Shown piece by piece: positions 36,027 to 46,067 of a stretch of DNA of 64,000 nucleotides. The notes under the pieces were generated by a model, which was not told the origin of the DNA, searched no databases, and worked only from the letters and a program-made list of their open reading frames with translations. A program made the position numbers and the translations under genes. The stretch's first letter is position 1. Each line of letters begins with the position of its first letter. The DNA comes from Candidatus Latescibacterota bacterium. Lineage in GTDB: Bacteria; Latescibacterota; UBA2968; GCA-2709665. The stretch is from positions 704,001 to 768,000 of the forward strand of contig CBDCOX010000002.1 in assembly GCA_965219995.1 (NCBI GenBank). Direction: 5' to 3'.

Positions 36027-38024
36027 ATGAGCCAGCCCGAAACCCTCCACACGACCGCGCGACCGGAAGATTCGTCGAACTCGGCTGCGGAAAGCCTCCG
36101 CGGAACCGTCATCGCGCTCTCGGTTGCCATGCTGGTTTTCGCGTGTATCGCGGCGACGTTTCTGGAATTCAGGTCCCGCTCGGCGCATATGGCCATGGCG
36201 AACCTGCCGCTGGCGGTTTTGTTGCCCTTTGTCGTATGGCTTCTGGCAAATGCCCTGTTGAAGCGGTTTGTTCCCTGGCTTTCCCTGACTTCGGCCGAGT
36301 TGAGGCTGGCCCTGAGCATGCTCTGGGTGGGCGGTTCATTTGCCGGGTATAACTGGATCACGCAGTGGGTGGGCGCCATGGCGGCCCCCCGGTATTACGC
36401 CTCGCCGGAAAACAGGTGGCAGGAGTTGATTTTCGACTATCTGCCGTGGTGGATGTTTCCAACGGATTTTCCGGGCGTCACCGAGGGTTTTTTCCTTGGG
36501 ATCGAGAAGGGCGCCGGGGTGCCGTGGGGGGCGTGGCTCGGCCCCGTTTTCTGGGCGATGTCCGCCGGCGCGGCGATGACCGCCATCGGGTTGGGACTGA
36601 CGGCGGTCTTCCAGAAGCAGTGGGTCCGGCACGAGCGACTCACCTATCCGCTGGCGCAGGTGCCGATCGATCTGACGGAAGGCTTCGACGGGAAACGAGG
36701 CTGGCCGCCGTTTGCGCGGCGGTGGCTTTTCTGGGTCGGCTTCGCGATATCGGCCGTCCCCCTGCTGTGGAACCTGATCGAATACTGGAGTCCCGGGTTT
36801 CCCCGCCTGGCGATTTTCGACGCCTACTACGGTCCGACCGGCCCAAGGGGCGCGGAATTATCGCGTTATCTGCAGCCTTTTTCTTACCGCATGCTGCCCA
36901 CCGTCCTGGGCTTTACGTTCCTGTGCGACCTGAACATCCTGTTCAGCATCTGGTCGTTGTGGATCTCCGGACAACTGGGCCTGTACGCCATGTCCAGGGT
37001 TGGATTTTCCGTGGGTCTGGTCGGGCAGGAAGCCAAACCGTCCACAATACTCGGTCTGTTCACCCACGGCGTCAGCATGGGCCTGGTGGTATGGACCCTG
37101 TGGGCCGCCCGGGGTCACCTGAAGAGAATATTCCGGCAGGTGATCCTGCCGCGAGCCGATGAAGAGCCGGAAACCGCGATTCTGTCTCCCCGGCTGGCTC
37201 TGTCCGCGGTATTGGCCGGCGGTATCTATATGGTCTTCTGGCTGAACAGGGCGGGCTACAGCGTACCCATCGGTCTGTGCTGGTTGCTGCTCTTCTGGGC
37301 GAGCATTCTGGTTGTGATGAAATTCCTGGCCGCAAGCGGGTTTGCCTATCTGTTCCCCAGTTTCGGCACCTCGATTCTGAACATGACCGTGGGCGCAAAC
37401 CGGATGAACGAGTCCACCCTGGTGGGGCTTCGCCTGGTGAACTGGCGACTTCTGGCGGGCTGGCGGCTGCCGGCGGCGCTGCCGCACGTGGAACGGCTGG
37501 TCGGGAGATCCGGGCGTACGGGATGGGTGGTGGCCGTCAGCCTGGTCGCGGGCATGCTGGCGGCGATCGTCTATACGGTGTCCATCTGTTACCAGGAGGG
37601 CGGCAGCACGTTCCGTACGTGGTCTCTGGTAGGCGCGCCAAGGGGAATGTACGAGGGAATCGCGAAAGCGGTTGCGGATACGGACCCGGAGGTCACCGAT
37701 CCGGGGAAAATCGGCGTGTGGGTCCTCGGAGCCCTGACTGCCGGCGCCATACAGTTGATGCAGAGCCGGTTCTCCTGGTGGCCGCTTCATCCTCTCGGGG
37801 TCATGCTGATGTCGAGCGGTTACGTTCGGCTTTACGTGCTCGATATTTTCCTGGTGTGGCTGGCCAAGTTGACGGTCCTCCGTTTCGGCGGCATTTCACT
37901 CTACCGTCGCGTCAAACCGTGTTGTTACGGTTTGATCGTGGGCTACGTTTTCGCGGTGGGCTGTTCCTTTCTGGTGGACCTGATCTGGTTTCCCGAAGGC
38001 GGGCACTATATCCATGGGTATTAG
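36027..38024 (+). CDS. DUF6785/DUF6784-type putative transporter (paralog 3, more diverged)
   Basis: PRYYASPENRW, KQWVRHERLTYP, NILFSIW, RFSWWPLHPLG, GLIVG. Confidence 0.8.
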   Translation: MSQPETLHTTARPEDSSNSAAESLRGTVIALSVAMLVFACIAATFLEFRSRSAHMAMANLPLAVLLPFVVWLLANALLKRFVPWLSLTSAELRLALSMLWVGGSFAGYNWITQWVGAMAAPRYYASPENRWQELIFDYLPWWMFPTDFPGVTEGFFLGIEKGAGVPWGAWLGPVFWAMSAGAAMTAIGLGLTAVFQKQWVRHERLTYPLAQVPIDLTEGFDGKRGWPPFARRWLFWVGFAISAVPLLWNLIEYWSPGFPRLAIFDAYYGPTGPRGAELSRYLQPFSYRMLPTVLGFTFLCDLNILFSIWSLWISGQLGLYAMSRVGFSVGLVGQEAKPSTILGLFTHGVSMGLVVWTLWAARGHLKRIFRQVILPRADEEPETAILSPRLALSAVLAGGIYMVFWLNRAGYSVPIGLCWLLLFWASILVVMKFLAASGFAYLFPSFGTSILNMTVGANRMNESTLVGLRLVNWRLLAGWRLPAALPHVERLVGRSGRTGWVVAVSLVAGMLAAIVYTVSICYQEGGSTFRTWSLVGAPRGMYEGIAKAVADTDPEVTDPGKIGVWVLGALTAGAIQLMQSRFSWWPLHPLGVMLMSSGYVRLYVLDIFLVWLAKLTVLRFGGISLYRRVKPCCYGLIVGYVFAVGCSFLVDLIWFPEGGHYIHGY

Positions 38025-38790
38025 TGAAACGGCGCGTGAAGCGGCCATCGACGTCCGCGGCGTGAACAAGGTGTTCGAAAGCGACGCCGGGCGGGTGGAG
38101 GCGCTGAGGGACGTGAACCTGCAGGTTTCGAAGGGCGCTTTCGTGAGTGTTGTCGGCCCCTCGGGTTGCGGCAAGACCAGCCTGATGCGCATCGTCGGTG
38201 ACCTGGAGGTCCCCACGTCGGGAACCGTTCGCGTGAACGGGAAGATGCCGGGGGAAGCGAGAAAAGCCAGGGAAATCGGTGTGGTTTTTCAAAGTCCCGC
38301 GTTGCTCGGCTGGCGGACGGTGGCAGAGAACGTGGGGTTGCCGGGGGAGATTTTCAACGATACCGGTGTGGCGGCCAGGGTCCATGAAATGGTGCGGACC
38401 GTGGGACTGGAAGGTTTCGAGCAATCCTATCCGAGGCAACTGTCCGGTGGGATGCAGTCGAGGGTGGCCATCGCTCGCGCGCTGACGTACAGGCCCGCGG
38501 TGCTGCTGATGGACGAACCGTTCGGCGCCCTGGACGAAATGACGCGCGAGCGAATGCAGTTGGAACTGCTCCGAATCTGGAGGGGTGCAAGTCCCGCGGT
38601 CCTGTTCATTACACACAGCATTGCCGAGGCCGTTCTGCTTTCAGACCGCGTCGTGGTGATGTCGCCGCGTCCGGGCCGGCTGGTCGAAGACCTCGCGGTG
38701 GATCTGCCAAGACCCAGAAACATGGAATTGCTCACCCGTCCGCGTTTCGTGGAAATGGTGGCGCACCTCAGGACGCTGCTGGGGAGCTGA
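38014..38790 (+). CDS. ABC transporter ATP-binding protein, NitT/TauT family
   Basis: GPSGCGKT, YPRQLSGGMQSR, LLMDEPFGALD, FITHSIAEAVLLSDRVVVMSPRPGR. Confidence 0.92.
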   Translation: MGISETAREAAIDVRGVNKVFESDAGRVEALRDVNLQVSKGAFVSVVGPSGCGKTSLMRIVGDLEVPTSGTVRVNGKMPGEARKAREIGVVFQSPALLGWRTVAENVGLPGEIFNDTGVAARVHEMVRTVGLEGFEQSYPRQLSGGMQSRVAIARALTYRPAVLLMDEPFGALDEMTRERMQLELLRIWRGASPAVLFITHSIAEAVLLSDRVVVMSPRPGRLVEDLAVDLPRPRNMELLTRPRFVEMVAHLRTLLGS

Positions 38791-38826
38791 ATGCCCGGAA
38801 ACGCTACGGAAACCGTACCTGCGCGA

Positions 38827-39798
38827 TCAGGGCACAGGGGGCAGCAGGTCGGCAACGAAGAGCCTTGAAATTTCGATCTTTCGGTCGATGAGACCCAGAT
38901 CGTACAGAATGTCCTGCGTATGCGACCACCGTTCCGTGGTTTGCGCACCCAGCCCGAAGCGCTCCACGTCCGGGCTCATCAATATTGGGATCAGCCGTTC
39001 GAAATTGGCGCGATTGAATCCGGCATCGCTCTCCGGGCGTTCGGCCATGTACGCGGCAACGGCGTCTTCCGGGTGGTCGACGGCGTAACGCCAGCCTTTG
39101 AGGCTCGCGTGGACGAATCTGCGCACGACGTCGGGATTGTCTTCAAGGTAGTCGGCGTTGGCAATGATGTTGGTGCTGTACAGGTCGATGCCGTAATCGG
39201 CGAATGAAATGCGGGTTACGGCCCGCCCCCGGAGTTCGACGGTGACCGGCTGGTCTTCGGTATACCCCAGCATGGCGTCGACCTTTCCGGCAAGCAGGGG
39301 GGCGGGGCTGGACTCCGTCATTCCCATCACCTGCAGACTGTCTTCATCGATGCCCACCTTCTTGAGGAAAGCCTGGAATTCCCGGTGTTTGGTGCCGCCC
39401 ACGTTAACGCCGACCCGTTTGCCGATCAGATCCTCCGGTGTTCGGATGTTGTTCTCTTCCAGCGCGTACACCACAACCGGCGAGTGCTGGTTGATCACGG
39501 CGAGGGAGACCACGGGGATGTCTCTCGCGCGGGCAATGAGCGTGGCCGATCCGCTGGAAATCCCGAGCTGGTATTTGCCGCTGCCCACCAGACGCGCCGT
39601 TGTGGGTGCGCCGGTGCCTTCGAGTATCTCAACCGAGATGCCCTCGGCGTTGTAATATCCTTCTGCCTTTGCCACAAAGAAGCCGGCGTGCTCCATCTGA
39701 GCCTTCCAGTCCAGAAGCAGCTGAATCCGGTGTCGTGTCTCGGGCGGACTGCCGCACGCAGTCAGCAATGCGAAGAGAAGCCAGACAAGACGGTTCAT
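38827..39798 (-). CDS. ABC transporter substrate-binding lipoprotein, NMT1/THI5 (SsuA-like) family
   Basis: Lipobox LTAC; LLLDW...HAGFFVA..EGYY..EGI.VEI, DLIGKRVG. Confidence 0.88.
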   Translation of the reverse strand: MNRLVWLLFALLTACGSPPETRHRIQLLLDWKAQMEHAGFFVAKAEGYYNAEGISVEILEGTGAPTTARLVGSGKYQLGISSGSATLIARARDIPVVSLAVINQHSPVVVYALEENNIRTPEDLIGKRVGVNVGGTKHREFQAFLKKVGIDEDSLQVMGMTESSPAPLLAGKVDAMLGYTEDQPVTVELRGRAVTRISFADYGIDLYSTNIIANADYLEDNPDVVRRFVHASLKGWRYAVDHPEDAVAAYMAERPESDAGFNRANFERLIPILMSPDVERFGLGAQTTERWSHTQDILYDLGLIDRKIEISRLFVADLLPPVP

Positions 39799-39831
39799 CG
39801 AGACCCTCCCGGTAAGAGGTCTGCGTTGAAG

Positions 39832-40623
39832 TTAACGCCGGAGCGGCTCATGGAAATCACCCCAGCGTCTGAGCAGAAGTTTTTCCAGGCCTTCAACGAT
39901 CAGGAAGAGAAGTGTGCCCATCGCGCCCAGCACCACCAGCGCGGCGAACATGAGATCGGTTGCCAGCTCGGAGTTGGCCAGCCGCGTGAGATGTCCCAGA
40001 CCGGCGCTCGCGCCCACGAATTCTCCCACCACCGCGCCGATAACGCTCAGGGTGACGCAGATCTTCAGGGCGGCGAAGAGATATGGAATCGCATGCGGAA
40101 GGCGGACTTTGATCAGGATCTGCCGTCTTCCCGCGGAAAGCGCTCGCATCAGATCCAGGATGAGCGGATCCACGGCGAGCAGGCCGCGTGTCGTGTTGAT
40201 GATGACGGGGAAAAAGGAAATGAGCGCGGCGATGACGACCTTGGGAAACAGTCCCAGGCCGAACCAGACGATGAAGAGAGGGGCCAGCGCTTCTTTCGGG
40301 AAGGTCTGGGAAGAGACGACGATGGGATAGAGCATTCGCTCGATAATGGGCGATCGAGCCATCAAAACGGCGCCCGCGACGCCCGTACCGGCCCCAAGCA
40401 GAAAACCCCAGAGCGCCTCCTGCAGGGTCACCCATGCATGGGACAACAACGTGTAGCGCGCCGAAATCAGTTTACCGAGGATTCGGGACGGCGCGGGCAG
40501 GATATAGTCGGCGACGTTCCAGGCCGTTACCAGAAGTTCCCAGATGCCGAGCGTGACGATAACGAAACCAAGGGACAGGCCGTACTCCCGGACGAGGACG
40601 CGGACGACGTTGACCAGGATCAC
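39832..40623 (-). CDS. ABC transporter permease, NitT/TauT family
   Basis: LPAPS, PKEALAPLFIVWFGLG, FFPVIINT..GL, LPHAIPY, GAVVGEFVGASAGLG; GTG start overlaps upstream gene. Confidence 0.9.
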   Translation of the reverse strand: MILVNVVRVLVREYGLSLGFVIVTLGIWELLVTAWNVADYILPAPSRILGKLISARYTLLSHAWVTLQEALWGFLLGAGTGVAGAVLMARSPIIERMLYPIVVSSQTFPKEALAPLFIVWFGLGLFPKVVIAALISFFPVIINTTRGLLAVDPLILDLMRALSAGRRQILIKVRLPHAIPYLFAALKICVTLSVIGAVVGEFVGASAGLGHLTRLANSELATDLMFAALVVLGAMGTLLFLIVEGLEKLLLRRWGDFHEPLRR

Positions 40624-40997
40624 CGCTCGAACAGGATGATCTGGGCCTGGATCGCGCCGGCCTGGTTCTGGTACTGGGGGTTTTCGTTCATCGCCATAAA
40701 GAGGGGTCCCTCGTAGGGTGAGAAAAGGTCGAAATAGACCCCCGCCGCCAGGGGCGGGTTCTCCGTTCCGATTCTGCAGATCAGGGCGCCCGCGTTTGTG
40801 CCCGGGAGAAGGTATTCGTCACCGGCCAGGAGGCCTTCAATGCCGTTCGCGCCGCACCACGTGATCGTGGCGGGGCGCATCTCCGGCGACCAGATGCCCT
40901 CGGCCGAAATGACGAGCCGCTGATCCTTCTGTACCCGCAGGTACATTTCCTGCCAGATCGCATTTGGCCGGACGGTCTTGCTGATGGTCAGCGGCAT
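40620..40997 (-). CDS. Small LecA/PA-IL-like lectin-fold protein
   Basis: By eye resembles PA-IL: V..N..WQ, I.A.G.WS, WCGANG, GALICRIG, G.LFMAMNE...Y.NQAG.I; 125 aa. Confidence 0.55.
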   Translation of the reverse strand: MPLTISKTVRPNAIWQEMYLRVQKDQRLVISAEGIWSPEMRPATITWCGANGIEGLLAGDEYLLPGTNAGALICRIGTENPPLAAGVYFDLFSPYEGPLFMAMNENPQYQNQAGAIQAQIILFER

Positions 40998-41148
40998 GGG
41001 GCGGAACGCTCGATTGCGGGTCTGATAAGAGGATTCGGGAGCCTGCTACAAGATAGGACCACGTACCGCCAATGTCAAGGGGGAGGTCCGAGGGCGACCT
41101 GCTGCCGGTCGAGCCGCGGAACTGATCGCAACGCCGAAGGGGTCCGCG

Positions 41149-42912
41149 ATGGATTTCCATATGACCCTGGACTTCAGGGATGACTTCACCGCCGCAGAGG
41201 CGCCATGGACCGCCGAACGGTTCCGTGAATATATCCGGCTCGTGGCCGACCTGGGAATGCAGGGCATCCATTGGATCGAGATGGGCGATAGGGAGATGGG
41301 CAAGTGGGATCGGGGTTCCTCGACCGACCTCAGGGGTGGCGCCCGCGCGTTCGTGGAGGCCGTTCCCGATCCCCTCGCGTTCCTGTGCGAAGAGGCGCAT
41401 CGCGCCGGTATGAAAGTATACGCGGTACACAAGATCAACGATATGGCCAGCTTCGGGCCGGGCCGGTTTTATCCGCTGGGTGCGGCGCCCGACGTATTGC
41501 CGGGCATTCCCCAGATCGGCGGCTCGGGCCAGATGGCGTTCCGGTGGCTTCGCGAGCATCCGGACCGGCGCGTGGAGATTCATCCGTCTCTGTTGGAACC
41601 GCCCCGCGTCCGGAAACCGGTGCGGACCATCCGCTTCTGGCACGAAACCGACCGCCTTGAACGGGTTCCGGACGTTCAGTTGTTTGTCAGCGAGACGAAT
41701 GCGCAATACGTGCCCTACCGGGGCGGCATCAGAACCGACGTTTCCGTACGGAGGAGGAACCCGCCGGTTTATACGCCCGCGCCGGGGAAGCGTCTGGCGG
41801 CGGCAGGGGAATTCGCCTGCATCGAGATTTCCGGGCTTGAGTTATCGCAATCGTTTTTCTGCATCCGTTTTTCTGGCGAAACCGGCCTTACCAATACACT
41901 GGCGGCCCTCATGGAGGTTGAGGACACCTCCGGAGAGCCCGTCGCTTTCACCTGGGGATTCTTCCCGAGGTCCGACTATTCGAGGTCTCTCGGGTCGTTC
42001 GAGGAAGCCGGCATCGGGTTTGACGCCAACTGGCACATTCCGTTTGAAGACCGTCCGGGAGAACACGACTGGCAGAATTCCGCGGGAAGGTACCGGCTGA
42101 ACCTGGATAAGGTGCCCTTTGTCGGAATCGCCCGCGGGAGAAACCGGTACCTGACGTCTGCGGTCGAACTCGGGTATCCCGACGTCAGACGCTGGCTGCT
42201 CGATATCGTTCAGTATGAGCTGGACGCCGGCTGCGACGGAGTGGACATTCGGGTCGAAAGCCATACCCAGAATATGGATCTCGAAAATTACGGATTCGGA
42301 CAGCCCGTTGTTGACGCGTTTCGGGAACGATACGGCGTGGACATCACGCGCGAACCCTTCGACCGCGGCGCATGGCGGGAACTGCGTGGAGAACACTTCG
42401 ATGTTTTTCTCAAGGACGCATCCGACCTGGTCCGATCGCATGGGAAAGAGCAATGGATACACCTGACCGGATATCCCGGCATGGACCGTCAGCCCCGGCA
42501 GCCGAGTCTGCATCAGATGTACTGGAACTGGCGGAAATGGCTGGCGGAAGGCTGGGTGGACGTTGTGAATTTCAAGCGATTCCAGCTGAGAGGTCTTTCA
42601 CCCGGTCAGCAGAAGGAAATCGACCGGTTCTATAGTACGGCGCTGAACGTCTGCCGGGAGCTCGGATTGCGAATGGCCTGCACCCCCAATCCGAGATACG
42701 AGGGCATGAACGAGCGGGATTTCGTGGAAATGGAGCTGCGGAACATCCATCGTATCGCACGGGACGGGTTCGAGGTCTACAACTTCTATGAGGGGTGTAC
42801 GTACATTCGCCTGACCGAGCACGGATTCCGTGTTGGCGCCGAGGACTTGTGGCGGAGAATCCGCGATTGGCGTCGGGAAGACAATCGCGCACCTGGGCGA
42901 GTCGGCTCTTGA
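41149..42912 (+). CDS. Hypothetical protein, probable glycoside-hydrolase-like TIM barrel with an insertion
   Basis: CEEAHRAGMKVYA, ELGYPDVRRW, GCDGVDIR, YGFGQPVVDAFRERYGVDI, WRKWLAEGWVD resemble GHL10-type proteins. Confidence 0.6.
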   Translation: MDFHMTLDFRDDFTAAEAPWTAERFREYIRLVADLGMQGIHWIEMGDREMGKWDRGSSTDLRGGARAFVEAVPDPLAFLCEEAHRAGMKVYAVHKINDMASFGPGRFYPLGAAPDVLPGIPQIGGSGQMAFRWLREHPDRRVEIHPSLLEPPRVRKPVRTIRFWHETDRLERVPDVQLFVSETNAQYVPYRGGIRTDVSVRRRNPPVYTPAPGKRLAAAGEFACIEISGLELSQSFFCIRFSGETGLTNTLAALMEVEDTSGEPVAFTWGFFPRSDYSRSLGSFEEAGIGFDANWHIPFEDRPGEHDWQNSAGRYRLNLDKVPFVGIARGRNRYLTSAVELGYPDVRRWLLDIVQYELDAGCDGVDIRVESHTQNMDLENYGFGQPVVDAFRERYGVDITREPFDRGAWRELRGEHFDVFLKDASDLVRSHGKEQWIHLTGYPGMDRQPRQPSLHQMYWNWRKWLAEGWVDVVNFKRFQLRGLSPGQQKEIDRFYSTALNVCRELGLRMACTPNPRYEGMNERDFVEMELRNIHRIARDGFEVYNFYEGCTYIRLTEHGFRVGAEDLWRRIRDWRREDNRAPGRVGS

Positions 42913-42956
42913 TCACTCGGCCGTTGTCCGGGTGCGGGAAAGGGGAACCTTGAGCG

Positions 42957-44504
42957 ATGCGGAATGACGTAATCGACGTGGGTACCGGAAAACAGTTGTT
43001 TGTGGATTCGAAGTTTGTCGAAACGAGCGCGGGCGTGTCGTTTATCATGAACCCGCCGTATCAGGTGGACGAACCGGTATTGTTGCCTGATACGCCCTGG
43101 GAACGGCTCGCCGGAGCGTGTTTCGGCATCTATAGCAGCATCCTCAAAGGAGACGACGGCAAGATCCGCGTCTGGGTTCACGTTCGCACCGGAGTCTACC
43201 AGTCCGGCCGGGACGAAGCCCACGTTGCCTACGCCGAGTCCGCCGACGGCATCCATTTTACCCGGCCGGTGCTGGATCTGGTCGAATCGAATGGAACAAA
43301 AGAAAACAACGTCGTAATCCCGGCCAACATCGGCGGAAGTTCCGCATGGATCGATCCGCACGCGCCGCCCGAATCTCGCTACAAGACCCAGGCGAAAGTC
43401 TATTCGCCACCCGAGGTATGGGGGCATCTGCACATGCACGGATCTCCCGACGGGATTCACTGGAAGCTCTTGTACGACGTGGAGTTGAGTCGCGGCGGGT
43501 GGGATACGCAGACCATCGTGTTCTGGGATCCGGCGGTCGGGCGTTACGCGATGTATACCCGGCACTGGTTTGCGAAACGGCATGGGACGGCAGAGGGCAA
43601 CCTGAACTACCGGACGGTGCGCAGGCTGGAATCCGAGGATTTGCAGGAATGGGGAAATCAGCAAATCGTCATGCGGCCCGACGACACCGATATGGACACT
43701 TACGATACGCCCTATCCCCTTCGCCCGGAAGGACCGGAACGTCCCTACGGGCGGACGCCGATGGACTACTACGGGGCATCGGTGTTCAAATATCCGGACC
43801 CCGGCGGCGTGTACGTCATGCTGGCGAACGCAAACTGGTACTGGTTCGACCGCGAACCCGTGGTCACCGTGGTCCGCGACGACACGGGCGTTGCGCGGGA
43901 AGAGACGCAGAATATCTACGGCCCCAGCCGTTTCGACGCCCGGCTGTCCGTCAGTCGGGACGGCGTCGAATTTCAGCGATGCGGCGGGCGCAAGCCCTTT
44001 CTGAAGCCCGGCAGGGAGGGAAGTTTCTCGTCCCGCATGGTGTGGGCGATGCCGAATCCCATTCAGATGGAGGACGAGCTGTGGATCTATTATAGCGGCA
44101 TGAACAGGGACCATGACGGCATCGTCGATCCAGCGGCGGGGAAGCTTCTCAGCGGCATCGGGCGCGCCGTGATGCGCCTGGATGGATTTGTGTCTGCGGA
44201 TGCCGGTTACGGAGGCGGTGAACTGGTCACGCCTCCGGTTCGATTTGGCGGGACGCAACTGGAATTGAACCTGGATACCGGCGGGGGAGGCACGGTGAAG
44301 GTGGAACTGCAGGATCGCCTGGGCAGGCCGATCACAAACTACGCCGAAACTGACGCGTCCTATCTCTGCGGCAATTCGGTTCGGATGCCCGTTCGTTGGG
44401 GCGAGAGAACCCGTGTGGGCGAACTGTCGGGCCAACCGGTCAGGATACGCTTCGTCATGCGCGATTGCAAACTGTATGCGTTTCAGTTCACGTCACCGGA
44501 GTGA
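42957..44504 (+). CDS. Five-bladed beta-propeller glycoside hydrolase-like protein (GH32/GH43/GH130 clan-like)
   Basis: KQLFVD, YAESADGIHFTRP, SPDGIHW, WDTQ, SRDGVEF, MRLDGFVS, C-terminal beta-sandwich ending KLYAFQF. Confidence 0.7.
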   Translation: MRNDVIDVGTGKQLFVDSKFVETSAGVSFIMNPPYQVDEPVLLPDTPWERLAGACFGIYSSILKGDDGKIRVWVHVRTGVYQSGRDEAHVAYAESADGIHFTRPVLDLVESNGTKENNVVIPANIGGSSAWIDPHAPPESRYKTQAKVYSPPEVWGHLHMHGSPDGIHWKLLYDVELSRGGWDTQTIVFWDPAVGRYAMYTRHWFAKRHGTAEGNLNYRTVRRLESEDLQEWGNQQIVMRPDDTDMDTYDTPYPLRPEGPERPYGRTPMDYYGASVFKYPDPGGVYVMLANANWYWFDREPVVTVVRDDTGVAREETQNIYGPSRFDARLSVSRDGVEFQRCGGRKPFLKPGREGSFSSRMVWAMPNPIQMEDELWIYYSGMNRDHDGIVDPAAGKLLSGIGRAVMRLDGFVSADAGYGGGELVTPPVRFGGTQLELNLDTGGGGTVKVELQDRLGRPITNYAETDASYLCGNSVRMPVRWGERTRVGELSGQPVRIRFVMRDCKLYAFQFTSPE

Positions 44505-44626
44505 TGGTGGCAGCGCAGATGAATGTCCCGGTTTTACGGTTCCGAATTTCCGGATGTCAGGAATGATGCTCTTGAGTAAACTCCCCCTTTGGAATCCCGA
44601 CGCCGCGCATCGAAATGGAGAAGCTG

Positions 44627-45085
44627 ATGTCCGAATATAAAGTCGTTGTCAAGTCCGTAAAACCGATCCGGGTTGCTTCCCGGCGCGAATCCATTCCGGA
44701 CTTCAGCGCGATCGGTTCGGCCATGGACCGCATGTACAAACATGTCGTCGCGCATATCGGCGAAAACAACGGAAAGATCGCAGGACCGGGAATCACCATC
44801 TGGCACGGCTCACTGGACGCGGAGGCGGCGCTGCCCGTCGATAGGCCGCTGCCGGACGGCGGTCGCGTCAGGGTTCGGGAGTTGCCGGGAGACGAAATGG
44901 CCTGCGTGGTCCACCGCGGCGCTTTCGACGGTTTCCGCAAGGCATACGAGTCCGTTCGCCGGTGGATCGGGAACAACGGTTACCGGATCACGGGACCGAG
45001 CCGTGAAGTCTACCTGCACTTCGTACCCGGAGGAGACCCGAAAGCCAACGTGACCGAAATCCAGTTTCCCGTGGCCAAAGCGTAG
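44627..45085 (+). CDS. Stand-alone GyrI-like small-molecule-binding protein
   Basis: RELPG, CVVHRGAFD, W...NGY...GPSREVYL, TEIQFPV; GGAG RBS. Confidence 0.85.
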   Translation: MSEYKVVVKSVKPIRVASRRESIPDFSAIGSAMDRMYKHVVAHIGENNGKIAGPGITIWHGSLDAEAALPVDRPLPDGGRVRVRELPGDEMACVVHRGAFDGFRKAYESVRRWIGNNGYRITGPSREVYLHFVPGGDPKANVTEIQFPVAKA

Positions 45086-45095
45086 CGCACCACGA

Positions 45096-45914
45096 CTATG
45101 CATGTTTTTCGAGAAGCGCCTTGCTTTTCAGAACACCCTCGAAATCGTCGGTTCTTCCTTCGAATTCGATTCCGTAGGGATTTCCGTATCCCGCGCCCCT
45201 GAGGATGCCGATGGCGGCGGCGCAGTCGATTTCCCGCGACTCGCCGTCCGCGTCAAAGCTCAGGAATTTTGCGTGGGTCGCCCAGGCGTACGGAGCGATC
45301 CTTCTGAGGTTTTCAAGCTTGTCGTCTTCGGGCGGCCAGTTGAGAAAATCGGCGAGGACGCGGCAGTGGTCGCTTCCCACCGCCTCCATAATCCGCAGGA
45401 TGTTGTCCGGCGAGACCGATACGCCCCCGTGATTCTCCATCAGCAGTCGAATGTCCGCCTGCGCGCAAACTTCGGTGAGTTCGCCGAAGCTGTTGATGCA
45501 CTGTTCAATATGCGTTTCCGTGACCGGCCCGCCGCGGGTTGGGCCGGTGTTGGCGCGAAATGCGTCACAACCCAGCGCCAGGCAGGCGTCGATCCATTTC
45601 CTGTGATTCTCAACGCCCTGTTTTCGTTCGTTTTCGTCCGGAGAGGAAAGGTCTCCGTGCCCGTCCACCGCGATGTTGAGCAGCCGTACGCCGGCGTCGT
45701 CCGCCCGCTGACGAAGTTCGTCAAGATATCCGTCGGCCAGTCGACTTCCGGCCGGGTTATGAGGATCGTCGTACACAAAGAAGGGGCTGTTGAGTTCCAG
45801 CAGGCGAGTATCGAATGCTTCAACGGCCAGAGCGGGGAAGTCCAGCAGACGCAGTGGGTTCTCGGCATTCCTGAACCGCCGGTGAATGCTCCAGCCCGTG
45901 AGCGAGATTTCCAT
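45096..45914 (-). CDS. Sugar phosphate isomerase/epimerase (xylose isomerase-like TIM barrel)
   Basis: ISLTGWS, LLMENHGG, LADFLNW, HAKF, YGIEFEG; GGAGG RBS. Confidence 0.83.
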   Translation of the reverse strand: MEISLTGWSIHRRFRNAENPLRLLDFPALAVEAFDTRLLELNSPFFVYDDPHNPAGSRLADGYLDELRQRADDAGVRLLNIAVDGHGDLSSPDENERKQGVENHRKWIDACLALGCDAFRANTGPTRGGPVTETHIEQCINSFGELTEVCAQADIRLLMENHGGVSVSPDNILRIMEAVGSDHCRVLADFLNWPPEDDKLENLRRIAPYAWATHAKFLSFDADGESREIDCAAAIGILRGAGYGNPYGIEFEGRTDDFEGVLKSKALLEKHA

Positions 45915-46067
45915 GGGATTGCCTCCGTGGTTGGTTCGGGTTTGCGCTTGCTTTTGCGGTGACGCGGAAATATAATATCCCGCCGTACGGTGTGCCAGCG
46001 CAACCGGTACTTCCCACGTGCGGCGCAGCACAACGTGTGGAAGCGACGGACGCCGGATCGTGCTGAC

